DNA of 63,655 bases, filler included, from Pelomyxa schiedti (taxonomy: Eukaryota; Protista; Evosea): the NCBI GenBank assembly GCA_020536535.1. It is 13 parts of 13 records of this genome, joined end to end, with 100 filler letters (N's around TTAATTAATTAA, not from the genome) between each part and the next. Parts side by side here need not be neighbours in the genome. Positions count along the whole stretch, not along the records: positions 14,453 to 34,957 come from JAHLWZ010000407.1; 12 more parts are not named here. One strand, given 5' to 3'. This document shows positions 23,373-33,232 of this stretch, in pieces; positions within the stretch are counted from its first letter, which is position 1; each line of letters opens with the position of its first letter. The notes beneath the pieces were generated by a model that saw only the letters and a list, made by a program, of their open reading frames with translations, ran no database searches and was not told the origin of the DNA. Made by a program: the position numbers and the translations under genes.

Positions 23373-23659
23373 AAAGTGTTGCATGCCACTGCACACCACG
23401 CTTTATCACTATGGCTAAAACCTCTGAAACTTGTTTGCATACTCCAAAGATGTGCCCATTCCCTGTATCTGTTCACCTTAATTGGTTCTCAAATTGGTAC
23501 TTTAAACAAAAGTGCTTTCTCTCCAACCCCTGCAGCAGTGTTGCACAGATGGTGTCCCATCCTATTTCCATTGCTGGGCAGTGGCATCATTTGCTCACCC
23601 CAGAGCAGTACCCTCCACAGTAATTCAGTCCTGCAGTTAAGTTAAAAAAAGGTTCTGGG

Positions 23660-23759
23660 NNNNNNNNNNNNNNNNNNNNNNNNNNNNNNNNNNNNNNNNN
23701 NNNNNNNNNNNNNNNNNNNNNNNNNNNNNNNNNNNNNNNNNNNNNNNNNNNNNNNNNNN
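23660..23759. other. Scaffold gap (100 N, no linker)
   Basis: Plain N run without TTAATTAATTAA. Confidence 0.97.
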
Positions 23760-24267
23760 TTCCCCAATCCCTCACCCACACATCAGTGACTCCCATCAAA
23801 AAGACTGACACACCAATCCTTACAACCACCAGTGCCTCATCCTCATCATAGTCATCATCACCATCCTCGTAATTGTCATGCTCACAATCAGCATCCTCTT
23901 TCATGACACTCGCCTGGACCTCAAAGACACTTGTGCATTCCAGAATCCAGTTGAGCCAGAACAGCCACAGGAGGTGGCCTCCCATAATCCTGGCTGGTGA
24001 GTGTTCGCCGCGGCGATTGCGCGGGTCGGCAGCCACAGCCAGTGGCATGACCTGGTCGCGTTCCCTGAGCCCTCCGCCGCGCAGGGCAACGTCCCCAAGC
24101 CACCATGGTTTCGTCCTTGTTGTGGAAGGTACCGACATTGCGGCAGTGGAGCTTATTTCATGTTTCCACGTGGTGGAGTGGCACTTGTCATCAGCATCAC
24201 CCAGGAAGGAGGTCCTTGGTTTTTTGGTTGCTGGTGAATGTGGGTCGCCTGATGAAGATGAAAACAT
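23760..24267 (-). CDS. Orphan HPRCG-family protein, 5' part (runs into the gap)
   Basis: RERDQVMPLAVAADPRNRRGEHSPARIM..LWLFWLNWI..IGVSVFLMGV. Confidence 0.65.
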
Positions 24268-24779
24268 GTGAAAAACTCTGGGGGACAAGTTATTAAAAGG
24301 CACAACAGTTAATAAACACACAGTGCAAAATATGCAAATTAGACAACGGGAAAGCAACAGCAACCGACAATAAAGAACACGTTTTACTTGTCGTGTGGTC
24401 CAGGTTAATGAAAAAAACAAAGACTCTTTTTGGTTGTTTATAAAGCCTCTTTCTTGGTCTAGTGTCACATCATCCTCATTTTCGTTGACATCGAGTAATT
24501 CACTGAAACCATCACAGGTTGTTGGCACGTACAACAACTTGGAAGTGGTTGTACTAACGGAACGTGGTGTGATTGCCGTTGAGCACTCACTGAGTCTACT
24601 AACTGTCACATTTTACAGATCGGCCACGTGGTCATCCCGTCCGTTTTTGTCAATTAACCTCTTTCGTGTTTTTCAAACCAAAAAGAAACAATGGTGAATG
24701 TGAAGGACTTTCTGTGTGGGTGCAACAACCTCCCGCTCCCTTCTTATGTTTGCATTCTTGGAAACGTGCGTGGTGAATC

Positions 24780-24937
24780 CATTAATTTAATTAATTGGTT
24801 TCAGTTGATGTTTGAAGGTTGCAGGTTACGTTGCTGGTATTTTATGGCTTGCGGTGCTCTTGCCCACTTGTTGGCGAAGCTGCAGATTTTTGAAAAGGTG
24901 AGACTTAAATATGTTTATATAGATTAAGTTCTAATAC
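24780..24937. repeat. Dispersed repeat; second copy at ~27448-27569
   Basis: cattaatttaattaattggtttcagttgatgtttgaa...gaaaaggtgagacttaaatatgtt...ttaagttctaata is present in both places. Confidence 0.85.
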
Positions 24938-25843
24938 TGAGACGTTGTATAGACAAGCAACGGAGTCAAGCAGGAGATGGGCACTGTTTTGGAAGGTTGT
25001 CGACTTCATCGGCGTCACTTGGGATTTCTTCCTTGTGCTCCGCCATGAGCTGCCTCTGTTTGTAATAGATATGTTGCGGCGCTCTTCTGTGAGTTTGCTT
25101 GCGATTTTTTTACCAATATTCAAACACAATAGGAACAACCCATATCTTCCCTTGCTCTCATTACTATAATGAAAAGCCTGACAGCGCTAATGAATTATAC
25201 TCTGGCAACGCCTCTGCAGGGTGTTGTCCGTGATTTCTTTGCATGTTCATGCAGTTATATAAACGTGCTGCAAGCTATTTATTACAACAACAGGGGTTCC
25301 CCAACAACAATCAAGACACCTGACACAGAGGGCATCACCCTGCTTCCTTCCAAACCCAATTCATGTGCACCTCTGCGTAAATTGGCTCTTTGGATTCTAG
25401 TTCCCTGGTGTTTGTTCATTCTCCTCTTGCTGCCTCCACTCACAGTATTGCGGGCAGAATCCTTAATGTTCCTTCTGCTACCAGCAGTACTTGTTGCCAT
25501 TCTATTAGTGTTCTATGCCCATACTCATGCTTGCAACAGCCCTAGCACATCACCACGGGAAACAGAAAACCCTCAGCAGCAATCTGACCTCTCTCTTGAT
25601 TCTTCAAATACCTTCCTTGGGTGGGTTGAGGTAAGTCATTGGTAATCAGAAGGAATTTCCTTCTGATTTTTTCCTTAACAACTGCACAAAATAAAAACCA
25701 ATTATTTGAACCTGAGAGAAAACAACCAGATATTAGCATGGTAGATCCGCCCAATCTACCAATGTTATTTCGTGATTATTGGAAGGGGGAATGCAACAGT
25801 TCCCTTGTTGCAGGTTTTCAGGGCAAACAATCCTTAAGGTCTA

Positions 25844-27202
25844 ATGGGAAATTTCCTTCTTTGCCCCACTGCCATCACCATCGTTTCACTGCATGACCAA
25901 GTGATGGCACTGGCAACGGGCACACACCCTCGCTGTGGTGCCAAGTGCCCTCTTTTGGTGATCATGGGGATAATGGCGGCGGCGGCGTCTGCTGGGCCTG
26001 TTGTTGGTGGCGTGGGCTTTGAGTGCACACTGGTGGTGAGGACTCTGTGGTGTTGGCTGATTGGAAGATCGAGGTTCTTCTGTGTGGTGTGGCGTGAGAG
26101 ACCTCGCAAAAAGAACGGGTATGAACGCAGAGTGGTGATGACTTTTGGCGTGTGCCTCCCTGTTCTGAGCTTGTCACATGGTGTAAAGTGGTGGGCAAGG
26201 GGCAAGGAAGAGGCCATACGCGGTGTCTCAAACCACCTGCTGGCTGTGACATCATTGGAGAGGGGAGGGCACACTGCATACCACTTGGAGGACATGGTCA
26301 CAGGCCAGAGGGCACTTCTGCCTCGCATTCCAGAGTTTAGTCAGCCGTACTGCAGCAATGGGAAATGGTTGTTTCGCCTTTCCAACCATTGCCTTTGGCT
26401 TGCCAGGCACCCAACAACAACGGGGCTCCCAACAGCAAGAACAACCCTGATCCCACTTACTGCTCCAGCTGGCATGTGTATTTGGAATCATTCAACCAGC
26501 AGCTTCAACGAGGATCACCTCCTGATTCACTTCTGTGAACCAGATTGGTTCCCCAGGTTGTGTCAGCTTGTTCTTGTTGACCTTTCACGGAGCTTCAACA
26601 CCAACCATCTTGCAGTGTTGAGCACCACTAAGCCGATCTTTGAAGAAGACGACCTCCATGGATTTCCTGGTGGGCGTTTTTTCATTTGCAAGAGGCAGTG
26701 TGGTGGCCGTCTGTTTGTGGGAATGACAGAATCGGGATTCATCACAATTGAAGAGGGATCAGGCAACGTTCAACGCCTCTACTCAACAACCTATGATTGG
26801 CCAACTCTGTCACAGCTGAATGAGACCCAGCTATGTACTTTTGATGATGCCCTATGTAAGCCATTGCCTGATTCTGATTCTGATTCTGATTCTGATTCTG
26901 ATTCTGATTCTGATTCTGATTCTGATTCTGATGGTGATGGTGGTGATTATGAAGTGTGGGATGTCAATGATACATCAGTCCCACTGAGGATTGGGAGGGG
27001 CATGGCTGGAACCTTGGACGCTTTTGTGGAGTGTGGCTTCCTGTTTCAAGTGAGTGGACATGGGAAAAAAATACATGTGACTGAGGAATCCTCTGGCTCC
27101 CATGTACTCAGTCTCAAGTTGTTCTCACCAGTGCGTAATATCCAATGGCATTCCTCCTTCCTGCTTGATATTTTATCAAATTATAAATTATTTCCCTCAT
27201 GA
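25844..27202 (+). CDS. Orphan HPRCG-family protein with a (GATTCT)n-encoded DS tract
   Basis: LHDQVMALATGTHPRCGAKCPL..FGVC..SNGKW..VDLSRSFNTNHLAVLSTT..IEEGSG..SQLNETQLC..YEVWD..VTEESSG. Confidence 0.75.
   Translation: MGNFLLCPTAITIVSLHDQVMALATGTHPRCGAKCPLLVIMGIMAAAASAGPVVGGVGFECTLVVRTLWCWLIGRSRFFCVVWRERPRKKNGYERRVVMTFGVCLPVLSLSHGVKWWARGKEEAIRGVSNHLLAVTSLERGGHTAYHLEDMVTGQRALLPRIPEFSQPYCSNGKWLFRLSNHCLWLARHPTTTGLPTARTTLIPLTAPAGMCIWNHSTSSFNEDHLLIHFCEPDWFPRLCQLVLVDLSRSFNTNHLAVLSTTKPIFEEDDLHGFPGGRFFICKRQCGGRLFVGMTESGFITIEEGSGNVQRLYSTTYDWPTLSQLNETQLCTFDDALCKPLPDSDSDSDSDSDSDSDSDSDSDGDGGDYEVWDVNDTSVPLRIGRGMAGTLDAFVECGFLFQVSGHGKKIHVTEESSGSHVLSLKLFSPVRNIQWHSSFLLDILSNYKLFPS
26869..26932 (+). repeat. (GATTCT)~10 coding microsatellite
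   Basis: Perfect hexamer array encoding DSDSDS. Confidence 0.95.
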
Positions 27203-27577
27203 GATCCTGTTTCCTTGCCCATCAGCACACTGTACAAGTACAGTGCAACTGAGGGGCTTGTTACTCACCATTGTGGATTGTGTGAACCGAAAACCTTTGT
27301 TGCAGTTGCGGGAAGCGGCGATGACGTCACGATGACGGCGACCGCGACCACCACGGCGCTCGTGACGTGGTGCCACGTTTTGGCGAACAACACCTGCACT
27401 ACACATTATGCCAGCGCACTGTGTTACAACTGTTTATTTCATTCATTCATTAATTTAATTAATTGGTTTCAGTTGATGTTTGAAAGTTGCAGGTTACGTT
27501 ACCAGTGTTTTATGGCTTGCCCGCATTTGAAAAGGTGAGACTTAAATATGTTCAGCTTAAGTTCTAATAGAACTTCT

Positions 27578-27990
27578 TCAGCAAGAGCCGTGCATTTGTT
27601 GTGAAGAGTGGTTCACTGAAGAAGGTGTCAGAATACAGAGTGTTTGACACTGAAGGGAGTGACCCAACCACACCAGTCCTCTGTGTTCCTTGCACGTGGT
27701 TTGGTGTAAGCCAGCAGTCAGGCCTCATTGCTTCCACAACAGCACACACGGATCTCCAACTTCTGCAACCCAACACAGTTTCTACTCTTACACTGAAGAT
27801 TTCACTGTGTGATGGGATTTCAGGCTTCCGCTTTGGTGCTTTCACTGTTTGTTTTGAGACCCCTTGGTGTTTTGATCCTGACACTGCATGGTTAGTGTGA
27901 AAAGTGTTGCATGCCACTGCACACCACGCTTTATCACAATGGCTAAAACCTCTGAAACTTGTTTGCATTCTGTATCTGTTCACCTTAATT
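27578..27990 (+). pseudogene. 5'-truncated near-identical duplicate of the 3' end and 3' flank of gene 22098-23372
   Basis: Matches 23050-23483 with a few substitutions and one ~23-nt deletion in the 3' flank. Confidence 0.9.
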
Positions 27991-28182
27991 TGTGTGATTC
28001 TGAAGAATACACAAGCAAACTCTCTGTGAGCACGATCACGAATGCCAAGACTGAGAGACTGACCTGCTGAGTCAGCACCCAGACCTTACATCTAAGGAAA
28101 TCAAGTTCATGGAAATCTACCTGATCATTCACCTCGATTTCAATTCCTTTTCAATTCCTTATCAGCCCAACACACTCCAACC

Positions 28183-28457
28183 CAGATGGTGTCCCATCCT
28201 ATTTCCATTGCTGGGCAGTGGCATCATTTGCTCACCCCAGAGCAGTACCCTCCACAGTAATTCAGTCCAGTCCTGCAGTTAAAAAAAGGTTCTGGGAGGT
28301 TAGGGAGTGGCTGAAAGTCTCAGAATGCAACTGCTGACAGAAACCCGGAATGGCCAACCCCCCGCAGCAGTGTTGCACAGATGGTGTCCCATCCTATTTC
28401 CATTGCTGGGCAGTGGCATCATTTGCTCACCCCAGAGCAGTACCCTCCACAGTAATT
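28183..28457 (+). repeat. Two further copies of the 23530-23659 segment
   Basis: cagatggtgtcccatcctatttccattgctgggcagtggcatcatttgctcaccccagagcagtaccctccacagtaatt occurs at ~23547, ~28183 and ~28378. Confidence 0.9.
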
Positions 28458-28866
28458 GCAGGAACTGTTATCTTATTACTGTATGTTCTGATAGAGTCTG
28501 CTATTGTGTATTATTTTTTTTGTACACCCAAAAGTGGTTCGCCATGCTCACACACTTTTGGGTGGTTTCCCCTTCTTACTGCATTCTTTCCAATGTGGTT
28601 AACAACCTTTAGGGTTTTTTACAGGCAGTATGGTCTATTATTTATGAAATCATAAATAATAATTATGATTATTGCGATGTTCAAATGGATTATCAGTCAA
28701 GTGTGATTACCTTTGCTGTCCCATTCTGGGAGTCCAGATTCGGCTCAGTCCTCAGTCTCCCAGATCCCTCTAAAGTGCGCAAGCACTTCACTGCCTCGTG
28801 AGCAAGGCCAAGTTCGTGTACATGTAGACCTGTCAGTGTGACCACGTGAAAAAAATCCAAACTCCA

Positions 28867-30327
28867 ATGAACGATGTCGTTAGCAGTGACAAACAGGAAA
28901 CACCACGATCGTGGATCGCAGCCCTGCAGTTTGGGTCCGCAGGGGAGCCCACACCGCCACCACCACCACCCGTTGTCAAGTACCATCCGACGCTCGTTGC
29001 CTCGCAGCAGTTCCTGTCCCTCGCGCTCTCCTCCCACCCAAGGTGCGGCCGCCTCAGCCCCGCCCGCCTCCTCGCCGGCCCCCCCCTCGGTCGTCGCCGT
29101 CGCCGTCGGCGTCGCCACCAGCATCCCCGGGGCGCCGCCGCCGCCGCCGCCCCCTCGTCGCCGCCCTCGTCGACGCCGTGGCTGCTGTGGATGATCTGGG
29201 ACTCGTGGTGCATGGGCCTGGCCAGGTGCTACTGCGTCGACCTTGGGCGCCAAGGGTGCCTGTGCTTCGGGGTCTCGCTGCTGCTGCTTGGAGTCGTGGG
29301 CCCGGTGCGTGTCACCAGCAGCTGGGAGGCGTGCTCCTCGCTGGGCGCGAGGCAACTGAGGTGCCCCTCCATGATGGAGCTGGTGACTGCCGACCCTGAG
29401 GAGCAGGGCAATGGTGCCAGCCTCACGGTGCCAGACGACGACGACGGCTACAACTACAACAACGAGGAGAGTTGGTGGTGCTCCTGCAAGTGGTGGGTGC
29501 ACACCGTTTCCAACAAAATGGTCATTGTAAACATGGTGGATTCTCTGGCTGACATATGCGAGGCAAGGGGGAGGAGGAGGAGGAGGAACAACACCACCAG
29601 CAAGGAAGAAGTTGTGGCGGGAGGAGTTGGTAGTAGTATCTGTTGTACGGGAAGAGGAATCTTGCGAGGGGAGGAATGCCCACCGAGTGTGGCTGTGGTG
29701 CCAATCCAATTTGATGGGGATAGTGTGGCCGTGGTGTTCTTCCATCAATCTTTCAGGGATGAAGCCGTTGTTGTGGTGACAACTGACACACACGATTTCA
29801 GGGAAGCAGAGCTTCTGGTGTTTAATGTGAACGACGCATTCATCACAAAGGAGTTCGTTGCACTGAGCTCAACTAAAGTTCCCTGGCACTGGGTAGAGAG
29901 CGAGCCTGTCCCACTTCTTTTCACCAAGAAGCTCACTGGAAATCGCTGTTTTGTGGTCATGGATGATTACAAGCCAGGCGTTTATGATATCGACACGGTT
30001 ACGGAAATCGAGGAAACAACAGGAGAAACAAAAGTGATCACTTCGCTCCCTATACCAGGTGGCTTGACAGCTGTCAATGACTCACTGTTTTGTGCCACTG
30101 ACGAGCGGTGCCATGAAATATGGGATATCAACAGTGGTTCCATTGTGTGCAAAAGGCTACACAAATGTGGCATTGGTTTTACAATAGCCGAGTCAGGGCT
30201 TCTCATTCATGATCTCCCTTCAGCCTTTCTGGAAGTTACAGAAGCACTCTCTGGTTTCAGCATTCTCCAAGTCCATATTGAATCAGAAACTGCTCATGTT
30301 TCTGGAACAATGTCGTTCTGGCTTTGA
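28867..30327 (+). CDS. Orphan HPRCG-family protein
   Basis: ASQQFLSLALSSHPRCGRLSPARLL..LWMIWDSW..FGVSLLLLGVV..SCKW..IEETTG..DSLFC..HEIWD..ESGLL..VTEALSG. Confidence 0.8.
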   Translation: MNDVVSSDKQETPRSWIAALQFGSAGEPTPPPPPPVVKYHPTLVASQQFLSLALSSHPRCGRLSPARLLAGPPLGRRRRRRRRHQHPRGAAAAAAPSSPPSSTPWLLWMIWDSWCMGLARCYCVDLGRQGCLCFGVSLLLLGVVGPVRVTSSWEACSSLGARQLRCPSMMELVTADPEEQGNGASLTVPDDDDGYNYNNEESWWCSCKWWVHTVSNKMVIVNMVDSLADICEARGRRRRRNNTTSKEEVVAGGVGSSICCTGRGILRGEECPPSVAVVPIQFDGDSVAVVFFHQSFRDEAVVVVTTDTHDFREAELLVFNVNDAFITKEFVALSSTKVPWHWVESEPVPLLFTKKLTGNRCFVVMDDYKPGVYDIDTVTEIEETTGETKVITSLPIPGGLTAVNDSLFCATDERCHEIWDINSGSIVCKRLHKCGIGFTIAESGLLIHDLPSAFLEVTEALSGFSILQVHIESETAHVSGTMSFWL

Positions 30328-30587
30328 AAATGTGTTTGGTGGGTTGTGAGCACAATTACTTCTTGGCATAGAATAATCAACAGACCGGAACGCTGTTTTT
30401 CGTTCTCACACTTTTTTTTTATCACCCCACTCAACAACAGCAGGACCCTGGATGCCAGAAGGGCTGACGAACAGAGTGCAATGTCTGGCTTTACCACACT
30501 AACACCCACTCTGAGGTGTGATCTGGAATCACACAGTGCTGTGGTTCGTCGAAAAAAAACCCGCACACCCATCACTTACAAGCCAAG

Positions 30588-31925
30588 ATGAGCCACGTCG
30601 AGGCCCAACAACAGTTTGTGTTGCCCCCACCTTCCCACGTGTTGTGGGCAAGGGACCAGTTACTAGCCCTTTGCGTCGGTTCGTTCGCGAAACGGTGCGG
30701 CGCCGCGAGCCCCCTGTCCCGCTTGCTCCCTGGCTCCCTGCTGCGTCGCGAAATTGGAGGCAAGTGGGTGGTGTGCGAGAGAGCGAGGCTGGCGCTCGGC
30801 ATCATGAGAAGGAACCCCAGGGCCGAGTGCGGACCACCGTATTTCCAGGCGGTGGAGGAAGAGCCGGAAAAATGGGGCAATGTGAGGGTGCACCTGTGCG
30901 TGAACTTGAGTGTGTCGCACACTGGGGGGATACTGCGCGGCATGCTGAGGATCACAATCCCGGCAGTGCCGGAGACGATGAGTGTGTGCGGGTGGCTGGG
31001 GCGTGACTTTGTGGTGTATGACTACCGTGGTGGTGGTGGTGCTGGTGGCCGTGCTGGTGGTGGTGGTGCCCACGGTGGCTGGGGTGTACATGACACAAGA
31101 ACGGGAAAGAGGTTGCTGCGGATTCAAAAGCCTGACAACGGTGGCAAGCCCTGCTTCTGGAAGTTCAAGAAGGGTGTCAAGTGGGGTGTGTTTTGTTGCA
31201 AGAAGGGTGGCAGTTGCACCAGAATTGTGCTGTTGCCAGTAACGGACCACTACGATAACGACACGAGAGTTGGAGTTGTGGGAGTTCCCGAAGGGAAGGA
31301 ACTGCTGTGGCTGGACATGCTGGAGGAGCTCGAGGACGAAGCAGTTGCCATGGTTCGAAAACCACGTGGCAAGAGGCGGGAGGTATGGTGCATCGACCTC
31401 AGGGAGACGTACAACACTGGCCAATTCGTGATCAAGAGCACATTCCGTCTCAACGTTTCCAAACGAGAACGTGAGTGGCCCAAGGTAATGCTGACATGTG
31501 ATGGAAAGATGACAATAGCCACTGGAAAGTGGTCGGGATGGGCGTGGGTTTACACATTCAAGACCCTTGGGCCGCGTTGCAGGTATGTGTGCGCGAGCCC
31601 TGAAGGCGAGCCACACAAGGTGGACTCGTGGCACATGGCACAGTACGACGTCGATGATGACAATGCCATCGCTGTGTTCTCCTTCAGAAACCTGAGGCTC
31701 AATGATCCGTACATGGATGCACTGCGTGTCTTTGACATCAAGCGTGACTGCCAGTGCAAGTTTGAGAGTGGCTTTGTGGCGCTGTGGGAGGCCAGGCACA
31801 TTGACCTGTGTGATGCAGTCACAGGTTGTTGGTTGTTGCGACAACCACTTCCTCCTGAGTATCCTGTTGTACCCTGGGATTTTGCTGCTGGCTTGGATTT
31901 CAGGCTTTCTCTGAAAAGATCGTAG
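30588..31925 (+). CDS. Orphan HPRCG-family protein
   Basis: WARDQLLALCVGSFAKRCGAASPLSRL..LRREIGGKWVV..GVKW..IDLRETYNTG..ESGFV..CDAVTG. Confidence 0.8.
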   Translation: MSHVEAQQQFVLPPPSHVLWARDQLLALCVGSFAKRCGAASPLSRLLPGSLLRREIGGKWVVCERARLALGIMRRNPRAECGPPYFQAVEEEPEKWGNVRVHLCVNLSVSHTGGILRGMLRITIPAVPETMSVCGWLGRDFVVYDYRGGGGAGGRAGGGGAHGGWGVHDTRTGKRLLRIQKPDNGGKPCFWKFKKGVKWGVFCCKKGGSCTRIVLLPVTDHYDNDTRVGVVGVPEGKELLWLDMLEELEDEAVAMVRKPRGKRREVWCIDLRETYNTGQFVIKSTFRLNVSKREREWPKVMLTCDGKMTIATGKWSGWAWVYTFKTLGPRCRYVCASPEGEPHKVDSWHMAQYDVDDDNAIAVFSFRNLRLNDPYMDALRVFDIKRDCQCKFESGFVALWEARHIDLCDAVTGCWLLRQPLPPEYPVVPWDFAAGLDFRLSLKRS

Positions 31926-32812
31926 ATACAGTTCAAGAAAAACCAAAAGAAAACGTTGAACTGGTTGTGCTTGGCCTCTTCAATGAAGTGATGGGAGTCA
32001 ACTTTGATGGGCTCTGACTTGCACTTTCGCAGTAAACTGTGTGGGTATGTTGCACATAGCTTCCCACTTGAAAACGTGGCTGGGATGCCAAACAGGACCA
32101 AGGTAACATCGTTCTCGTCATTTCCCTTCTGCCCAAAAATCACCCCCTCATTTTCCCTGTCAGTTACATCCACCCAGAACGCCTCATCAATGCCGTCGGA
32201 ATCAGCACCTATCTCCACGTTCACGCAGTACCTGGGATCCACCTTCCATTCTATGTCCTTCATATCACCTTTGATTCCTTCGTAGCCACTGAGGATGACA
32301 CCAGCCGAACAGATGCACACACTGTGACCATAATCATGAAGCCACAGTGCCCACTGCCTGTTGGATGCTTCATGGAGGCAACTGTCTGCCGGCAGAACGC
32401 TGACAAACCTGGGGGAGCCTGATTTTCCACAGTAAGCCAGAACGAGGCGCGGGTCAGAACGCCCTGCCTCTATCACAGACAACTGGTCACTGACCCACCC
32501 CAGGCAAAAAACATGTGCCTCCCACAAAGTGATACTCACAACACCCGTGGCAGAAAGCACCACAACGATGTGCAGCTCTTTTTCGCGGCTACTCAGCTGC
32601 ACAACTGCAGCCTTCATTCTGGACACCACCCACGCCCTTCCAATGTGCTCCACAACAACTGTGTTTGGCACCATGCGGACTGGGCTGTTGATGCCGCACC
32701 TCGGTGTTGTCAACAAACCCAGACTCAGTGACAGAAACTGATCGCGTGCCCACAACACATAGCTTGGACCGCCTCTTGTAACTCTCACCAACCCTTTCAA
32801 CTCTTTCTCCAT
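31550..32812 (-). CDS. Orphan HPRCG-family protein (3' end uncertain; ORF overlaps the convergent paralog)
   Basis: WARDQFLSLSLGLLTTPRCGINSPVRMV..EHIGRAWVV..LSATGVV..SNRQW..IPATFSSG. Confidence 0.7.
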   Translation of the reverse strand: MEKELKGLVRVTRGGPSYVLWARDQFLSLSLGLLTTPRCGINSPVRMVPNTVVVEHIGRAWVVSRMKAAVVQLSSREKELHIVVVLSATGVVSITLWEAHVFCLGWVSDQLSVIEAGRSDPRLVLAYCGKSGSPRFVSVLPADSCLHEASNRQWALWLHDYGHSVCICSAGVILSGYEGIKGDMKDIEWKVDPRYCVNVEIGADSDGIDEAFWVDVTDRENEGVIFGQKGNDENDVTLVLFGIPATFSSGKLCATYPHSLLRKCKSEPIKVDSHHFIEEAKHNQFNVFFWFFLNCIYDLFRESLKSKPAAKSQGTTGYSGGSGCRNNQQPVTASHRSMCLASHSATKPLSNLHWQSRLMSKTRSASMYGSLSLRFLKENTAMALSSSTSYCAMCHESTLCGSPSGLAHTYLQRGPRVLNV

Positions 32813-33232
32813 TGGAGCGCTGCGCTGTTGTTGCTTGTAGGTTTGCGGTCATTGATGACGAGGTGCGAAAATTACAAAGAGCCAGTGATGAACGCATTAG
32901 TAAGAAAAGTGCCCCTTAGGTTTAGATGCGTTTGCGCTTGCGTTCGTACGTCGGCACTTGTGATGCGTTGTCAATCAAAATTTTTTCTGATGCAAACAGC
33001 CTGCAGTGCATAGTTATCAAAAAAAACTTTTTTGTGGGTATCTTTTGGTGCCTCTGCGGGCCCGGAGCTTATAGTTTGGTTGCCTATTTTCCAACGAACC
33101 AAAAGAACCTGGACCCACAGAGACTGCATTGCATGAAATAGAAGGTTGACGCCGCCTTTATTTGCTCATTCTCCTGTTCCACAGCATTATGGGCTCCCAG
33201 GAAGTATCACAAGTTTTTTCACCGAAGAGCCG

